Below are positions 17,884-31,864 of a stretch of DNA of 64,000 bases, in pieces. Source of the stretch: Botryllus schlosseri (taxonomy: Eukaryota); NCBI GenBank assembly GCA_051294905.1, contig CM119372.1, positions 11,968,001 to 12,032,000 of the forward strand, given 5' to 3'. The stretch's first letter is position 1, and each line of letters begins with the position of its first letter. The notes beneath the pieces are model-generated. The model saw only the letters and a program-made list of their open reading frames with translations, made no database searches and had not been told where the DNA came from. The position numbers and the translations under genes were made by a program.

Positions 17884-18430
17884 AGGGTTGTAATGACTCG
17901 AGTCACGATTTTTCGGTGACGACTCTACTTGACTCGAATCATTTTTTCAACTGCGTAAAATGACCCGACTCGACTCGAGTCGATTTGTGTATTCACTCGA
18001 CTTGTACTCGAGTCATGGTGAATGACTCGAACCAGTAAGTCTCATGACTCGAGACTAGGACAGCCAAGACAGACATTTCATTGTAACTTCGAAGAATAGT
18101 AAAGTCACCACATTATTGGTATTTCGTCTATCAGTCCTGATAATTGGAAAATATAGGGCCCAAAACTGTTAGGACCGGAAAATTACGATATTATGAATGC
18201 GATCGAGCCATTCTATATCACTCGAGCAGAGGCGAAAAAAGTAGGTTGAACCGGTTGAACTCAAAACCGAACAGCGAACACAATGACTTTGACTCGGACT
18301 CGAGTCATAACACTGTGACTCGGACTTGACTTGGTGGTGAATTGAAAATGACTTGACTTGACTCGATTCAAAACTATAAAAGTGAGATTGACTTAGTGCC
18401 TCGAGACCTTTATGACTTGGCTCTAACCCT
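17884..18430. repeat. Dispersed gactcgagtc-rich repeat family (AGGGTTGTAA termini), probable MITE
   Basis: Related copies at ~20203-20330, ~29937-30400, ~50253-50790 and ~17720-17800; built from gactc/gagtc pentamers. Confidence 0.65.
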
Positions 18431-18765
18431 GTAATCCTGCTGTCATAGGAAGGACCGTAACTGTCGCACCCCAAAATCCCAAATTGGGGGGTGAGCTGGA
18501 AGGTGGCCCAAAATTATTTCGTGGATTAACATAAATTTTACAGTATTTTTTGGAAAATTCCTGCAACTTTTTCAAAAGTTTTTCGCGCTGCGCGCGATTT
18601 AATATTGCAATTGGCTTGATTATTGGGTACCCTCCCATAGCTCTACCGGTAAATCTGATTACGTGAGCAGAGAGAGGATAAAATTTGATAGCAGTGCAAT
18701 TTCCGATCATATTGACCGATTCAATCATGAATTCTAGAAAGTTTTCGCGCTTCGCGCGTTTAGGC

Positions 18766-19753
18766 TAGGGTTGCCAACTTGCCATACGTCCTTAATATCA
18801 CTGTTCAAACTTGCGTCCGGGAGGAATTACTAAAATACGCCTAAATGTCCGGAATTTTGAAGGCTTGATCTAGGAGGCTTATAATTTTTTCGTAACTCAA
18901 CATAATATCATTATTTTTGGGAATATTTATGTTACAGGATATTTTTCTTCGCGCTGCGCGCGATTTACTATCACATTTATTAATTTTAATATGGGGACTA
19001 CCACCCTCGCAAAAACTGCAATAAAATATAAATAAAATAACTTTGATTTACTGAAATAAGCCTAATTGTAATCGCAATTATAGGAGAACCGTATATTCCT
19101 AGAGATGGTTAAGGCCGTTTAAATGCGTCATTCAAAGATAGTGGTTCTAAACGTGGGGGTCGTTTGCCTTTAGTCTGGGGTTCGCGAAGATGTTGAACGT
19201 AATCAGCTTCCAACATAGCCCGTGAATAAGTCTGGGCAAAGGTGCTGACTTCTTTTAGTAATCAGCTCGTCAAATTTTGATCTGGGCCACGGAACATTAT
19301 CAAATTGGAGATGGAGTCGCGACCATAAAAGGTTGGAAACCACAGGATGTGGGGTGTCTATAAAGCTCCGTGGTGCACACCGGCATAAGGCTGATAAACA
19401 ATCTTATCGGTGTGACATGAACATGACTGAACGATGTACAAGTACGTTCCCTGTTATTTCGAAGTCATCATCCGTCACCAGTCCCCTCAGAAGTTGCATC
19501 GATTACCCTATGGTGGGCCCAATATCATTGTTTATTTGGGCGGAAAGGGGCGGGAAATTGTGGTTTCGGTCCCGGCTACACAACACACAGCCACATACTC
19601 CTGAACCGGATCGTGACCACCTCTGGTCTATAAGCCAAGCTTTGCTAATGTGACGTCATATTGACAGACAATGTGCTCATAACTCATTTTAAAATCCACT
19701 AGTGGGCGCTAAAGAGTGTCCGGAATTTGGGTCACAGAAATATAGTAACCCTA
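18766..19753. mobile_element. hAT-like MITE (TAGGG termini)
   Basis: tagggttgcca / tagtaacccta; TSD gtttaggc at 18758-18765 and 19754-19761; contains a further decayed hAT-like piece at ~19139-19345. Confidence 0.82.
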
Positions 19754-21851
19754 GTTTAGGCCAATCAAGCAGACTCATCAACCAATACAACAAATCTCGC
19801 TGATAAGTAGTGGGAAAACGTATAGCATGATGGGGGGGGGGGGTCCGGAGGTGAAGCCCCCCAGAAGTTTGGTTTGTCACCCTATGGAGGGCCCAAGACC
19901 AACGTGTTTTTGGGGGGGACTGACGAAGTGCTGTTTAGGTCCTATAGGTAAAATTCTAGTAAATACGAGGTTAATTTGTGTCGACTGACAATGTCTATAC
20001 ATGACTCGTATTGTTGGTCTGCTCAGAGAATATTCATAAAACATTTTGCACCTATGGACCCATATAATATTGCCGGTCACATCAGACATGACATCTATCT
20101 GTCACTACCGTGGAATATAGGAAAGGCACTCCGCACGCAGCAGTCGCCGACATTGCCGACGATGCCGACATTGCCGACGATGCCGCTCGGGGGCCGAAAC
20201 TATAGGGTTGTAATGACTCGAGTCAGGATTTTTTGGTGACTCGACTCGACTTGAATCAATCTTAGTATTTATTTGACCTGTACTCGAGTCATTGTGCGTG
20301 ACGTGTACCAAGTCATGACTCCAGACTGCATGGGATAACTTACGGACTTATCTGGTACACGTACAAGCCACTTGCAAGATCGAGGAGGCCGACGCTCGCA
20401 AAACAGACATCACATCGGCGATTGTTTCGACCAGACGACTCCAATTTTGAAGCCATAAAAATCACTACTCGACTAATCAACTATCTACATCACTATCGAC
20501 TATCTCTTCGACTATCTACATACTACGCGGTGAATAGTAAGGTCAAGTCACTACAGACGTGACCAACCCGTCGATAAAATTATTGTACCAACGTTGTTTA
20601 CGGAATGCATTCTCAGGTAGTTGCATGTACGAAAGGAATTCCCTACCCTCCCGTCTGAGCTACGATTCGGGCTTCCCTATACCTGGATGCCTGTGGAAAT
20701 TCCCTATCCTCCCGTGTGAGTTGGTGTCGGCGTTGAGATTCGGGCTTCCCTATACCTGGATACCTGTCTGATTTTGCGATGCATTCTCTATCCACATTTC
20801 CGGGGCCAATTCCCGATTCACCTCTCTACACACCCCTATCATCAAATGGTAATGTCGGTTTTATCGGACGTATCGCCAGTGTGTCCGTACAATGTACAGG
20901 TACACTCGTATCGATTTGTACGGTAAAATCCATCGAGGTATAGCTCACTGCTAAATAAATAGCCATTATCGCACATTTAGAGTCAATCTCGCGCAAGGCA
21001 AGAACTCGGCATCATTATGATGTTCGCAAATCGCAATACGATGATCGTATCTCGCACGGATTTTCATTTAAGCGTTATGAATTCTTCCACCGTAATGTCA
21101 ACCATGGTAATTCCCAAATGGCGGTTGTAAACTGTATCCTGCAACCTTGACTGGAACATTTACAAATAGCATACTGCTAAGTGCTAATCAGTCGAGACGG
21201 GATGCAGATAGTCAGATTAATATTGAACAGAAATAATCGTCATGTAGGCCTATTAACACGAGGCGTGGACAAGTATTCTAACAGCATATATCGATGAAAG
21301 AGGTAAAAATACACTTGGTATTACGAAAAATCAATATCACAATATGGAAATCGCGCAAGCAAGATGGGCTCCATTGCACTTCGTTTGAAAATAAAAGAAA
21401 ATTGCGAACACATTCCAAAATGTACTAAAAACCAAGCAAGCAGACCACTTGTATCGCAATATCATGCTATGAAAACTAATTCAAGTTTGAAAACGATATG
21501 AAAGATGTATAAACATTGGACGGTTGGCAATGTAACTCCTCACTGGAATTGAACTGGCATAAAATTGACTAGTTGATAGTAAAAAGGACATACGGATTAT
21601 ATGATTATATGTAATATGAAACTGATTCGGCAAAGAAACTAAGAAAAATGAGATATATTCTAAAATCGATCATCTTTGGTCAACTTGACCTTAGCGTGGA
21701 AGCATTTCCCAATTTTGAATTCAGTACCTCCGAGGCCCGATTACATTTCAAATGGAGGACGAAGTAGAGGGACGCAGTTTGAACAATGAACATACTGCCA
21801 GATCACGAAAAATGGACAAGCTTAGTAACGGCAAATCAATGATTGCTTTCT

Positions 21852-24800
21852 CTATTTATTTGTCGTTTCAACGTCGGGTGAATCAGCCTCTTCGTCATTC
21901 AGAATCGACGAATCGCTGCTATCTGCCGTCGTGTCCACCGCAACGCGTTTGTTCTCGTTTTTGGCTGAGAACGCCAAAATGGGTGCGGCGATGCCGACAA
22001 ATGCCAAAAACAGATAGTTGGAAACATCCCGATCTGAAAAATAAGGGACAGTGTAAATAATGAACTTATAAATCAACCACAAACCACGGTAAACGCGAAT
22101 TCCGAATCAATGGCTACCACGCTGTGTCATAAATTTATATGTGTGCAATGCGCAATTGTGCATATATAATTTCTCTTTTGTGTACCTACCTATCGTTCTG
22201 TTCTGTATGCTCAATAGTGTTTTTGAATAGAATGACGAAAGCTTTAAAAATTAATCTGTCGCTTGTTTAACCAGGGATATTATACCCATGACGCGAAGCA
22301 GATCTCTAGTTCAAAACACGGTCAACTACGTACGTGGTAACGGGTCGAGAATGTAGCTTGTCTCGAGACTAATGTAGTGATAAATCGATATGCATTACGG
22401 CAGGGCAACATGCGGCCACTTTTTAGGCATCGTATCAGCAAGTCATGACTGAAAAGACTTTCGCCAGTTTACAAATTCGGCCGACAGATAGCTTTTAAAG
22501 GGGCACTGCACTCTAAAAATGATGTGGTCTCAAATTGAAGGGTAAAACGAAAAATAAAATTTGGCCGCAGCCGTTTGCTTCAGAACGCCACCGTAATGGA
22601 GCTGCAATGTATTGAAATTTCCACAAACACATCACGCTCCAGCAGTCACGCAGAGATCGAACTTTATATAGTTGTCAGCCGATGTTATGAAGAAAATATG
22701 TCGTACCCGCCAAGGTGGTTTAGATACCGCGTTCAACGGAAGATAGAATACATAAGGCCCTATTTTGACATAATCTCCTGACTGAACATCTTCCGTTGAA
22801 CGCGGTATCTAAACCACCTTGGCGTGTACGACATATTTCCTTCATGATATCGGCTGACAACTATATAAAGTTCGATCTCTGCGTGACTGCTGGAGCGTGA
22901 TGTTGTTTGTGGAAATTTCAATACATTGCAGCTCCATTACGGTGGCGCTATGAAGCAAACGGCTGCGGCCAAGATTTTTTTTTTCGTTTTACCCTTCAAT
23001 TTGAGACTACATCATTTTTAGAGTGCAATGCCCCTTTAAGGCTGTGGAATGAGATGACCTTCACCCAAAATCTCAAATTTCGCGACCAGGCCAAGTAGAT
23101 TTCTGGCTGACCTTGCAAGTTCACAATAAATTACGTGGGCGATAAATTTGAAAATACGACAACCCGGAATACAGCTTACATCATCGCATCACCCTGCACG
23201 GCCGCAATGCGGTCAAGAAAACCGGAGGTCATGGTTCATGGAACATTTCAGCGATGGTGCTTACGGAATCCATAGATTGCGAGCATGAATTCGGATTTTA
23301 AAACATTGGTATCGATGGTTTTGTCCTGATTTTGGATTAGCGGTTATTTTTAAGTTGGATTTGGGCTGAAATTTCGAATATTTTTCGATAGTCACCGGTA
23401 AATTTGGCACTTGGCGAATTTGGCATTAAAATGTTAAGCGGTGCGTCAATATTGTATTAATGTATTCAAAAATGAATGTTTCATTGAAAATGAGTGTGAA
23501 TTGTGATGTACGGTAGTCGGTGAATTTTGCGTGTTGAATTCGGAACTTGGTGAATCCGGCAATGGGTATGTATGCAATGCATGCATTCGGGTTAGGGGCG
23601 AGAGTTAGGCTAGGCTAGTGGGTTAAGATGAGGAAGAGGGGACGCCATGTACCGAATTCACCAGGTGCTGAATTCACTGGTTCACAGTGGTAACCGTTTC
23701 AAAATCCGTGCGGAATCTGGAACCGCATTATCGCAGTGAAAATTACACGCATCTTCGTGAACACGAAAATCCCCTACACAAATCAAACGCTCACCCTGTT
23801 CAGGTATCGAATTGAGAATGAGAAGGAAGAGGAACATGAAGAACATGATCAACCATGCGACAATCGAGGACGACGCCCCTTCGCTGACCGGATAGGCAAT
23901 GTCCGCAGTCAGTTCGAATCCCAGCGGCTGTATTACGTTTGAAAACGTGCCCAACACGATAAACGTGGCTAGAAATCCGCCTGCAACATACAGATCGTAC
24001 ATGTTTGTCATGCGGATTCAGGTGGCGTGCAGTTACACGTAACTAACCGTGAGTGAAACCCAATATACCGAACCATCCCATGATTGTAAGGCCAAGGAAA
24101 AAGAACGTTACGAACATGACGCAATAGCAAAAGAACAAAATCCATTTGATTCTGCCCTTCAATCGGTCGCTAAACCTGCAAATGCAAACGTCGTCGATTA
24201 TAATATTTGCGTCGTTAGTAAGAGGCAGAACCGCATTCAGTAATACTCACCAGCCTACCGCGATGCCAAGCGCAGATCCGACCATGGTCATAATAAAGGC
24301 TGCTTGAGACACATCCGCCTGAAATGTCGCACACTCAAAATACGAAGACGCATGTAGTTCGCTTCTGGTTTCATAGTATTTTCGTCAATTCAAAACTCCG
24401 CAAGATAGCGACATAACGAAAAGATGACATAGCCAAAACGATTTGGTTATTATTGTTATTATTACCATTAGCAGTAGCGTCATTATTCATAGTATAACAG
24501 GTAAACACGCACACACAATTCGGAGAGCAACCTGGCCTCAAAGAAAACTGTCGAAATTGAAATCATGAAGTGAAATTGTTATTTCTACGTAATACAGGAA
24601 GAGTTTAGTTAGATTACAGCATTGTAGTAGATGAATTGAACAGTTGCCTGGGCTTTACAGGCAGATATAATTGGAAATGAAGAATAGAAATTCAACAGTG
24701 TGAATATGTGTAATGTGTATGTATTGTATATAGTGTATCATGCGTCGGTGTATATGCCGCAAAAACGTCAAGGACAAAAATATATATATATACTTTGGTA

Positions 24801-27800
24801 TGATATGATTTTTAGCCCAAATTATTGTTATCGCCGATAGGGGTCTGGTATACCATATGTTACAAAATACTTTGGAAATCGAAATATCGTGGGCTAACAC
24901 ACATGGTTTTAAGTCTACCAATCATCAACCATCTCATCGACCAGTTAGCCTGGAAGTATAGTCGTAAGATTAACAACCGACATGTGCATTGTGCAAGTGC
25001 ATTACCCGCTATGCGTGGGGAAAGCTCACCTCCGACACGTGATGTGGACCGACCAGGATGGTTATGACCCCATACCAGCCATAGTAGGCTCCGTTCACCA
25101 ACGCGAACGATATCGCAGTGGCCCAGAACGCGGCGTTCCTCGACAATTGACGTAGTCCGACCTTGAAATACGAGGCAACAGGTGTTTTCTCTGCGAATTT
25201 AAACACTTCTGGTCGCGTACCAGCACGTCGAATCGCTTCGCGGCCGCTGACGAGCTAGGAGGCAGAGCCGGCTTATTGCGAAACAATAGCATCGTGAAAA
25301 TGAAGATCACGAGACCGAACGCGAATTCGCCATAGAGGTAGTAGTCAATTTGTCGACTGTAAGGAATATTGTGCTTGCGCTGAGATTTGAAAAGAATTGC
25401 ACTTATTGACTGTCTGTACCTTGCACAGTAGTCTACTAACTGAATGGTCTCGGATATTGCAATAAAATGAGCTAAATGTGTGGCATTCCACATACTGATT
25501 GCCCGTAACAGAGAATACACGATCCCAGACAGAGATGGTTAACGTATAGTCAGATATGCTACTAGAGTACAAATTGTGGAACATTCAAGTTGAAATATCC
25601 ACTTCGATGGGAGGTCAAAGTATTCTACTTCATCTGACGGATAAATTCAAATGCTCTGACTGAATAGTACTCATGTCGTTGGCGAAAGTGTTCAGTCCAG
25701 GCAATGCGTTCCAACACCGCTCGGCCTTCAATAACATTTCAAGTTTCAAGTTGCATCTTACACCTTACCATTTTCTCACGCAATTGATAATACTATTATA
25801 CTATTCAATTTAAACACAGTCAGCGACATGGAAGACGAACAAATGCGGATGCAAACTTTGGTTTCACGGAAGATATGTCTTATATTGAATTAAGGATGAG
25901 TAAATTTCACGAATAGGAAGAGGACGTTGTATTTTTTCCTTAATGTTTTTGCGGCATACACAGACACACCGACTCATGATTGATATGCATACACAGTAGG
26001 GCTGTTCAAAAATAACCTTTTTCCCGGATTCCAGCCATTCACTGATTAAATTGTCAGGTTACCCTGAAAAGCTGCACACCAAATTTGGTTCAATTCTGAC
26101 AAGTATAGGACTCCGCAGATCCAATTAAAATTTTAAATTTATTAGGGAAAATTGGTCTTTATCGGTGGATAAACCGAGAATTATCAACGAAAAACTCACA
26201 TAACTCCGCTTCTACTGGACGGAATTGAGTCAAATTTGTTTTGCATCGTCTTTGAAGACAGCTCAACAATTTCATGGGGTTGGCAGATTTTTTATTTTTT
26301 CCAATTTTCCCTAATATATTAAAAATTTCAATTGGATCTGCGGAGTCCCATACATGTCAGAATTGAACCAAATTTGGTGTGCAGCGTTTTTCAGGGTAAC
26401 CTGACAATTTAATCAGTGAATGGCTGGAATCCGGGAAAAAAGGTTATTTTTGAACAGCCCTAATACACAGTACACAGGTTACGGGCATACGTATATCACG
26501 AGTTCATGATGTGCATATGCCAATGGACAAGGAATGTGCACTTGTGCAGCAATAGCTTTGTAAGGAATTCTAAGTCTTGCACCATTCATCCATGGTATCC
26601 CGGCAACGCTGAGCGACAAGTGCGGAAGTCATGGATACCATTGTCACTAATCACATCTTTGGTCTGACCCGGTCGGGGACTTGTTTCACCACAAATACGT
26701 CCACCATAAATTGCTTGCGATGTCAAGTACGACTTCTTGCACGCGGGAGCTTCTTACAGGAAGGTGACAGTTGATGTTGCAGATACCATTATCTGGTGCC
26801 AAGAATTATCTGGTAAGCCAGTAAGAATCAGGTAAGCGAACGAATAAAGCGGTGGTACGTTTCACGGCTGCAACAGCAGCAATTCGCAGGTTTTTGTCCG
26901 ACCTACGTCGAGCCGAACCGTCGAGGTTCATCTACACTTCTCATTGCCACTATATACGCATAAGCGGCGGCGTGCTGCAAGTCGGTAGCTCAAGGATCGT
27001 GCAGCGAATATCGACCTGGTGTAAAATGGCCAAAAATGTGAAACACAATGATTACTAAAGCAGCAACTCAAATCACGATCCTTTACGCTATCATGAATAT
27101 GATTCGAAATACCTCATTTTCTCTGTATTATCGAAACACGGCGTTGTGATCAATTCTGTTTCATCAGTTGTCACGGTGACGGGAGAATTCGGTGTAGTTG
27201 CATAAGTTGAATTTGGCTGGTGTGAACAATTCGTGGGCGCATCCACTATCGCGGGTCCAATTAAATAACTGAGAGCGTTGCCTGGAAAGTAATCGCGTGG
27301 CAGGCTATACATCAAAAGTTAATTCAGGGTTGGTGCGACTGAGTGCTTGCTACGTGCATAATAAGGACATTCCCATATCAAATCCAAACATGTATTCCAT
27401 TCGATTTACACCCATCATATGGACAGTCAAAACCAAATCACACATTCAAATACGGATCTAACAATCCTAGTATTGAAGATGTTTTAACACGAATAGTCGC
27501 TACCAGCACAATAAGGACACTGCCTGCACAAACTAGAAATGCGTATAATCATCCCAAACCCAAACGTATTCTAAAATCTGATATTTTGTTATCTGATGAT
27601 AATTTCACACCCCAATATGAATCGGAACCCTAGATTTGACACAATTTCATCGAGTAGCAGCCATGTGGAAAATAAGGGCAGTCGCAATGTGCACAATAAT
27701 GACAGAAGTGACAGAGTTCTACTTTTAAAAAGTATTAAAGTAGGTTTACCAGCCTGTACTACTTGCTTAAAGATGGAAATTGATATGTTTCAGGCGACTA

Positions 27801-30800
27801 CTACTTCTACTTCAACTTGAATAGCTTTCGTCAAGTAGAAAGTAGTATTGGCATGGTTTTGCGTTACAGAAATAGCCACAGGGCGATGCAGCGTCTGATT
27901 ACGATAGCTGTTTATAACTTGTTTATAACCTATTTGAAGTAATAGTCATTCTGGATTTGTCACAGACCATCAACAAGCAAGCGTCTGCAAAGTCTGGTTG
28001 CAACCTACTGCTACCAACCGCTTACCGGTACCTTATTATTTTTCAGACCGTTCAATTTCCACTTCCGCTTCAAGTAGTTTTTACATACCAGTATTTTCAA
28101 AACCTATTCAGCATTCAGCATTACTTCTACTTGTACTTGAGTATCTTTAATGACTAGTTTGATCATTTCTGAACGACATTCGCTACACGAATGATTCAAT
28201 TGTTGAAATGAAAAAAATTAAAATATGGATTTCGAGATGACCGTCCGTAGGTGGCAAATTTTATAATTTAATTTTTATCAGAATTACCGTGTCTAATCAA
28301 AATTCAGTTCTGAAGTGATGCACAAAAACTTTAAAATTTGGATCCAAAGTACAGATTTGCATTTTGTGCGCAGAGTGTACTTATTGTGCACATAGCAAAT
28401 TTCCTTATTGTGAATAGCGTGTGAATTACGTTATTGTGTAAATATAGATTGTCCTTATTATGCAACTGACTGACCTTTTTACGCACTCACTCGCACCAAA
28501 ACTCCTCAAACTTATTGCCATTGCTATCCTACCTGTGTTTCCAACGCATACCATCACACTCGTAGCAAGAATACGTTCTCCGGATGGAAACCACGTGTTG
28601 GATATGAGAGGAGTTCCTCCAATAACAACACATCCGGCTACTGCACTCAGAAATTGTCCTATGTGAATCACACTGAACAAAGCAGAAAAATGATCTTTCT
28701 TTCTTCACAAAGGAGCATTGAGGCAAAGGAGCATACTTAAGACAACGGGAAATGCAGCATTTAATTGAAACTATAAGACAGATTACGATGCAACAGTAGC
28801 AGTTTTGGATAAAGATATCACTTTTTAGGTGGAGCCACATAGATATGACAGGCACAGCATCAGACTTTGAATTATATATTGGAATAATAGCCGATGGTTC
28901 CTTTTTATTTGTGATCTTGTATAAAGCTGTATTGGGATATCCATTTCCAATGCATTCATTTACAACATCTGGCTCTATGTCAGTGGTTCTCAACCTTTTT
29001 GTCTTCGCAGACCCCTTCTGGACCGTCACGGACCCCCGCGGACCGCCTCAAGTATTCGTTCAAAATTACCTCAATTAACGTGCAAACCGTCATATGTCTT
29101 GTGCAAATATCAATAACAGGCTAGTGATGAACAGCCACAAAATGACTGATCTTGAAAATAACAGCACACTATAAGTGGAAATTGGGTAGACTTTTATTAT
29201 TTCGAAAGGAATTTTCCAGCTGTATTTATTGTCATGAAAATCCGCGTCTTCAATTTGATTTGAACGAGTGCCGGCAATACATTTCCACGAAGATATATTG
29301 GTCGCGAATGTAATATTAACGCGCAACACTTCCTACGCCCGCTATTGGTGTGACTTTTTAATGAACACATCACGTCCAGCATAGTCATTTCTATCTAGCA
29401 TCTCATATTGATGTTATTTAGTGGTTATATCACAGGAGAAAATGGATTTCGTGGCGAGGTTTCAATTCCTTTATTGGGACAGATTAGGAAAAAATTCAGG
29501 AATTTTTGTTTCAAACGGCTGTTTACTAATTTGCTGAGACTGACAACTCCAAATCCAAAATGTTTTGCAAACATTTCAAGTCACCCTGTTTTATTTTCCT
29601 ATCTTCAGCATTTCATTTTTCCACAAACCCCAACAAAACATCTATAAACAGCAATACGTTTGTATCAGCGGGCTATTGGCAATTTTATAATTAAAATGAG
29701 TTTGCACAGTCAGCTATTTCATCTGTGACGACCATTTTAATGATGTGATTCCTAAAGTTTTAGCAATTAAGAAGCGAAACTGGCTCATGCTATTCCTAAT
29801 TAAAAAATAAATAAAAAATAGGTTGTCAATCATTTTACAAATTTAGAGGCTTCGTGGACCCTCTGAAAATGCTTCACGGACCCCCGGTTGAGAACCACTG
29901 CTCTATGTGGTAGTAGCCTATACTAACAGTATCTACAGGGTTGTAACCAAGTCACAAGTCAATCTCACTTTTATAGTTTTGACTCGAGTCAAGTCAAGTC
30001 ATTTTCAATTCACCACCGAGTAAGTCCGAGTCCAAGTCAGCGAACGGAGGGTTGAGACCGAGTCATGGTATTATGACTCGAGTCCGAGTCCAAGTCATTG
30101 CGTTGATTGCGTTGATTGCCCAGTTTCCAGTTAAAGTCCTGTTTAACCCACATTTTAAAACTGTTTGGTGTTATTGAACAGTTCGCATTTATAATTTTCG
30201 AATTTTTCTCATTTATCAGTTTCTGGTCGCATTTTCAAGTAGGCCTGCCGCTAAAAATGGATGGAATACCAATATTGTGGTTTGGTTATGTCACTATTCT
30301 TCGAAATTACAATGAAATGTCGGTCTTGGCAGCCCGAGTCTCGAGTCATCTGAGTCTCGAGTCATTACACAGATTGACTCGAGTAGAGTCGAGTCATTTC
30401 CGTATAGTACAAGCTTTTTTTATGAGTTAGTTTGGATAGATCGCAAAGAAATCCTTTTTCCATCCTGTATATCGATGTTCCAGTACATTAGCGAAACTTG
30501 ACGAAAGATGATTGTACGAGTATTAAAATACTTACATGATTCTGGCTTGACCATGAAATGGTAAACACCGCAAACCAGTTCCCAAAGCAACAAGAAAAGC
30601 AGCAATATTCACTGGAATCCGGATGCCGTACTTGTTAAAAAGCCAAATGAAGAGAGGCATAGTTGGCATAATACCAATTGGAGCCCAGTTGGAAAGCAGG
30701 TAATAGTCATCTAAAGTGAAATCAATCAATCGTACATTATACAACATCAAGTGTCAAGAATTATGTCCATTAGCTGCATACGTTCAGTAAATCCAATTGC

Positions 30801-31034
30801 TCTGGTTGCAGATGGGCTTATTGGACCCCATGTGTCCCACACTCCACTTTGCAGTAGTGATAGCAATGAAAATAGAGCCAGTATAACCCAACGGTAATGT
30901 GATTTTCTTGTTGGAGATAATTCAGCATTGAGTAGAAGTGATGACTGGTCATCCTCCTGTAAACATTGTAGCAAGTTTAAAGAATTTATCTACTTCACGC
31001 AGCAACAGCACAGGCATACCATGATATCTTGCAT
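21852..31034 (-). CDS. SLC49A4: MFS transporter, SLC49A4/DIRC2-like (FLVCR family), 11 coding exons
   Basis: Phase-consistent exons 31034-31020, 30956-30782, 30710-30536, 28672-28533, 27281-27113, 25356-25221, 25161-25030, 24318-24251, 24175-24048, 23980-23795, 22033-21852. Motifs YRWVILALFSLL..Q..VWDTWGPI, LLSNWAPI, LGTGLRCLP, HIGQFL, ISNTWFPSGERILATS, KPALPPSSSA, FELTADIAYPVSEG match the SLC49A4 subfamily. The first mini-exon (MQDIM) is less certain. Confidence 0.88.
22499..23035. mobile_element. Palindromic MITE, Kolobok-like (TTAA TSD, AG termini)
   Basis: ttaa|aggggcactgcactctaaaaatgatg ... catcatttttagagtgcaatgcccct|ttaa; ~245-bp near-perfect arms with a ~40-bp loop; lies in the last SLC49A4 intron. 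Confidence 0.85.
25997..26462. mobile_element. Long-TIR MITE, hAT-like (8-bp TSD)
   Basis: tagggctgttcaaaaataacc ... ggttatttttgaacagcccta; TIRs of roughly 150 bp; TSD atacacag at 25989-25996 and 26463-26470. Confidence 0.88.
28981..29900. mobile_element. hAT (Charlie-like) MITE
   Basis: TIR cagtggttctcaacc / ggttgagaaccactg; TSD ctctatgt at 28973-28980 and 29901-29908; subterminal cggacccc motifs. Confidence 0.9.
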
Positions 31035-31864
31035 GAAATTCTTCAATAGCTATCATGGGAGTGGCGATCGGATGCGACAGTGTTTTAAAACACTGAGTTT
31101 AGCAATATTGCGATTCTGAGACTAGTGATAATAGAAAATATATATTATTGATCTCCATTCCTCCACAAAAAGATAAAGCAACTATCTCAGGTCAGGTTAA
31201 GTCATTATCAGTGGAAATCTGCTAGACCAGACCAGACCCTATTTCCTATAAAGCTACATTGTAAAATTTGTTTATAGAATGCAATATTAACAGTTATGGT
31301 AGGCAGTATATCACATAAAATCCTGTCCTAATCTATTGATCTCACATCAGTTAATCATTGCTTTCCTAATCATTAGTTCAAGTTACTCTTTCATTTAAAG
31401 TTACACTGTTACCGACTGACTGAGCTGGCTTTAGCTCCACGATGCATGTTGAGACAGTAGAATCCTATGAAACTACAGTCTTGTGTATATGGATACCACA
31501 ACTGAAAACAATTTTATCTTATTGCGAGTGAGGTAGATTTCCGGCAGAGATGTCGCAAGTAAAGTGTCATCACAAATCTATCATACAGTCGACAGTCAAC
31601 TCAGCTTCCATTCATATATTTGTTGTTATTTCGTTCATCTCAAAGCATCACAAGAGTGCTGCTTGCAGACACTGATTTAATAGACTACTCCAAGTCGTTT
31701 CGACACCTTCTTTCCTATCTTTTCGTTGTGTCGCAATCTTGTGGTGTACTGATCGGATAAATTTGTCAACATCCAAACTAAAAAGGCCCAGAGCATCTGT
31801 CTATAGATAACTAACTTACCGTAGGTTAGTTATCAATAATCTGTCAATCTTTGTTTACATTTAC

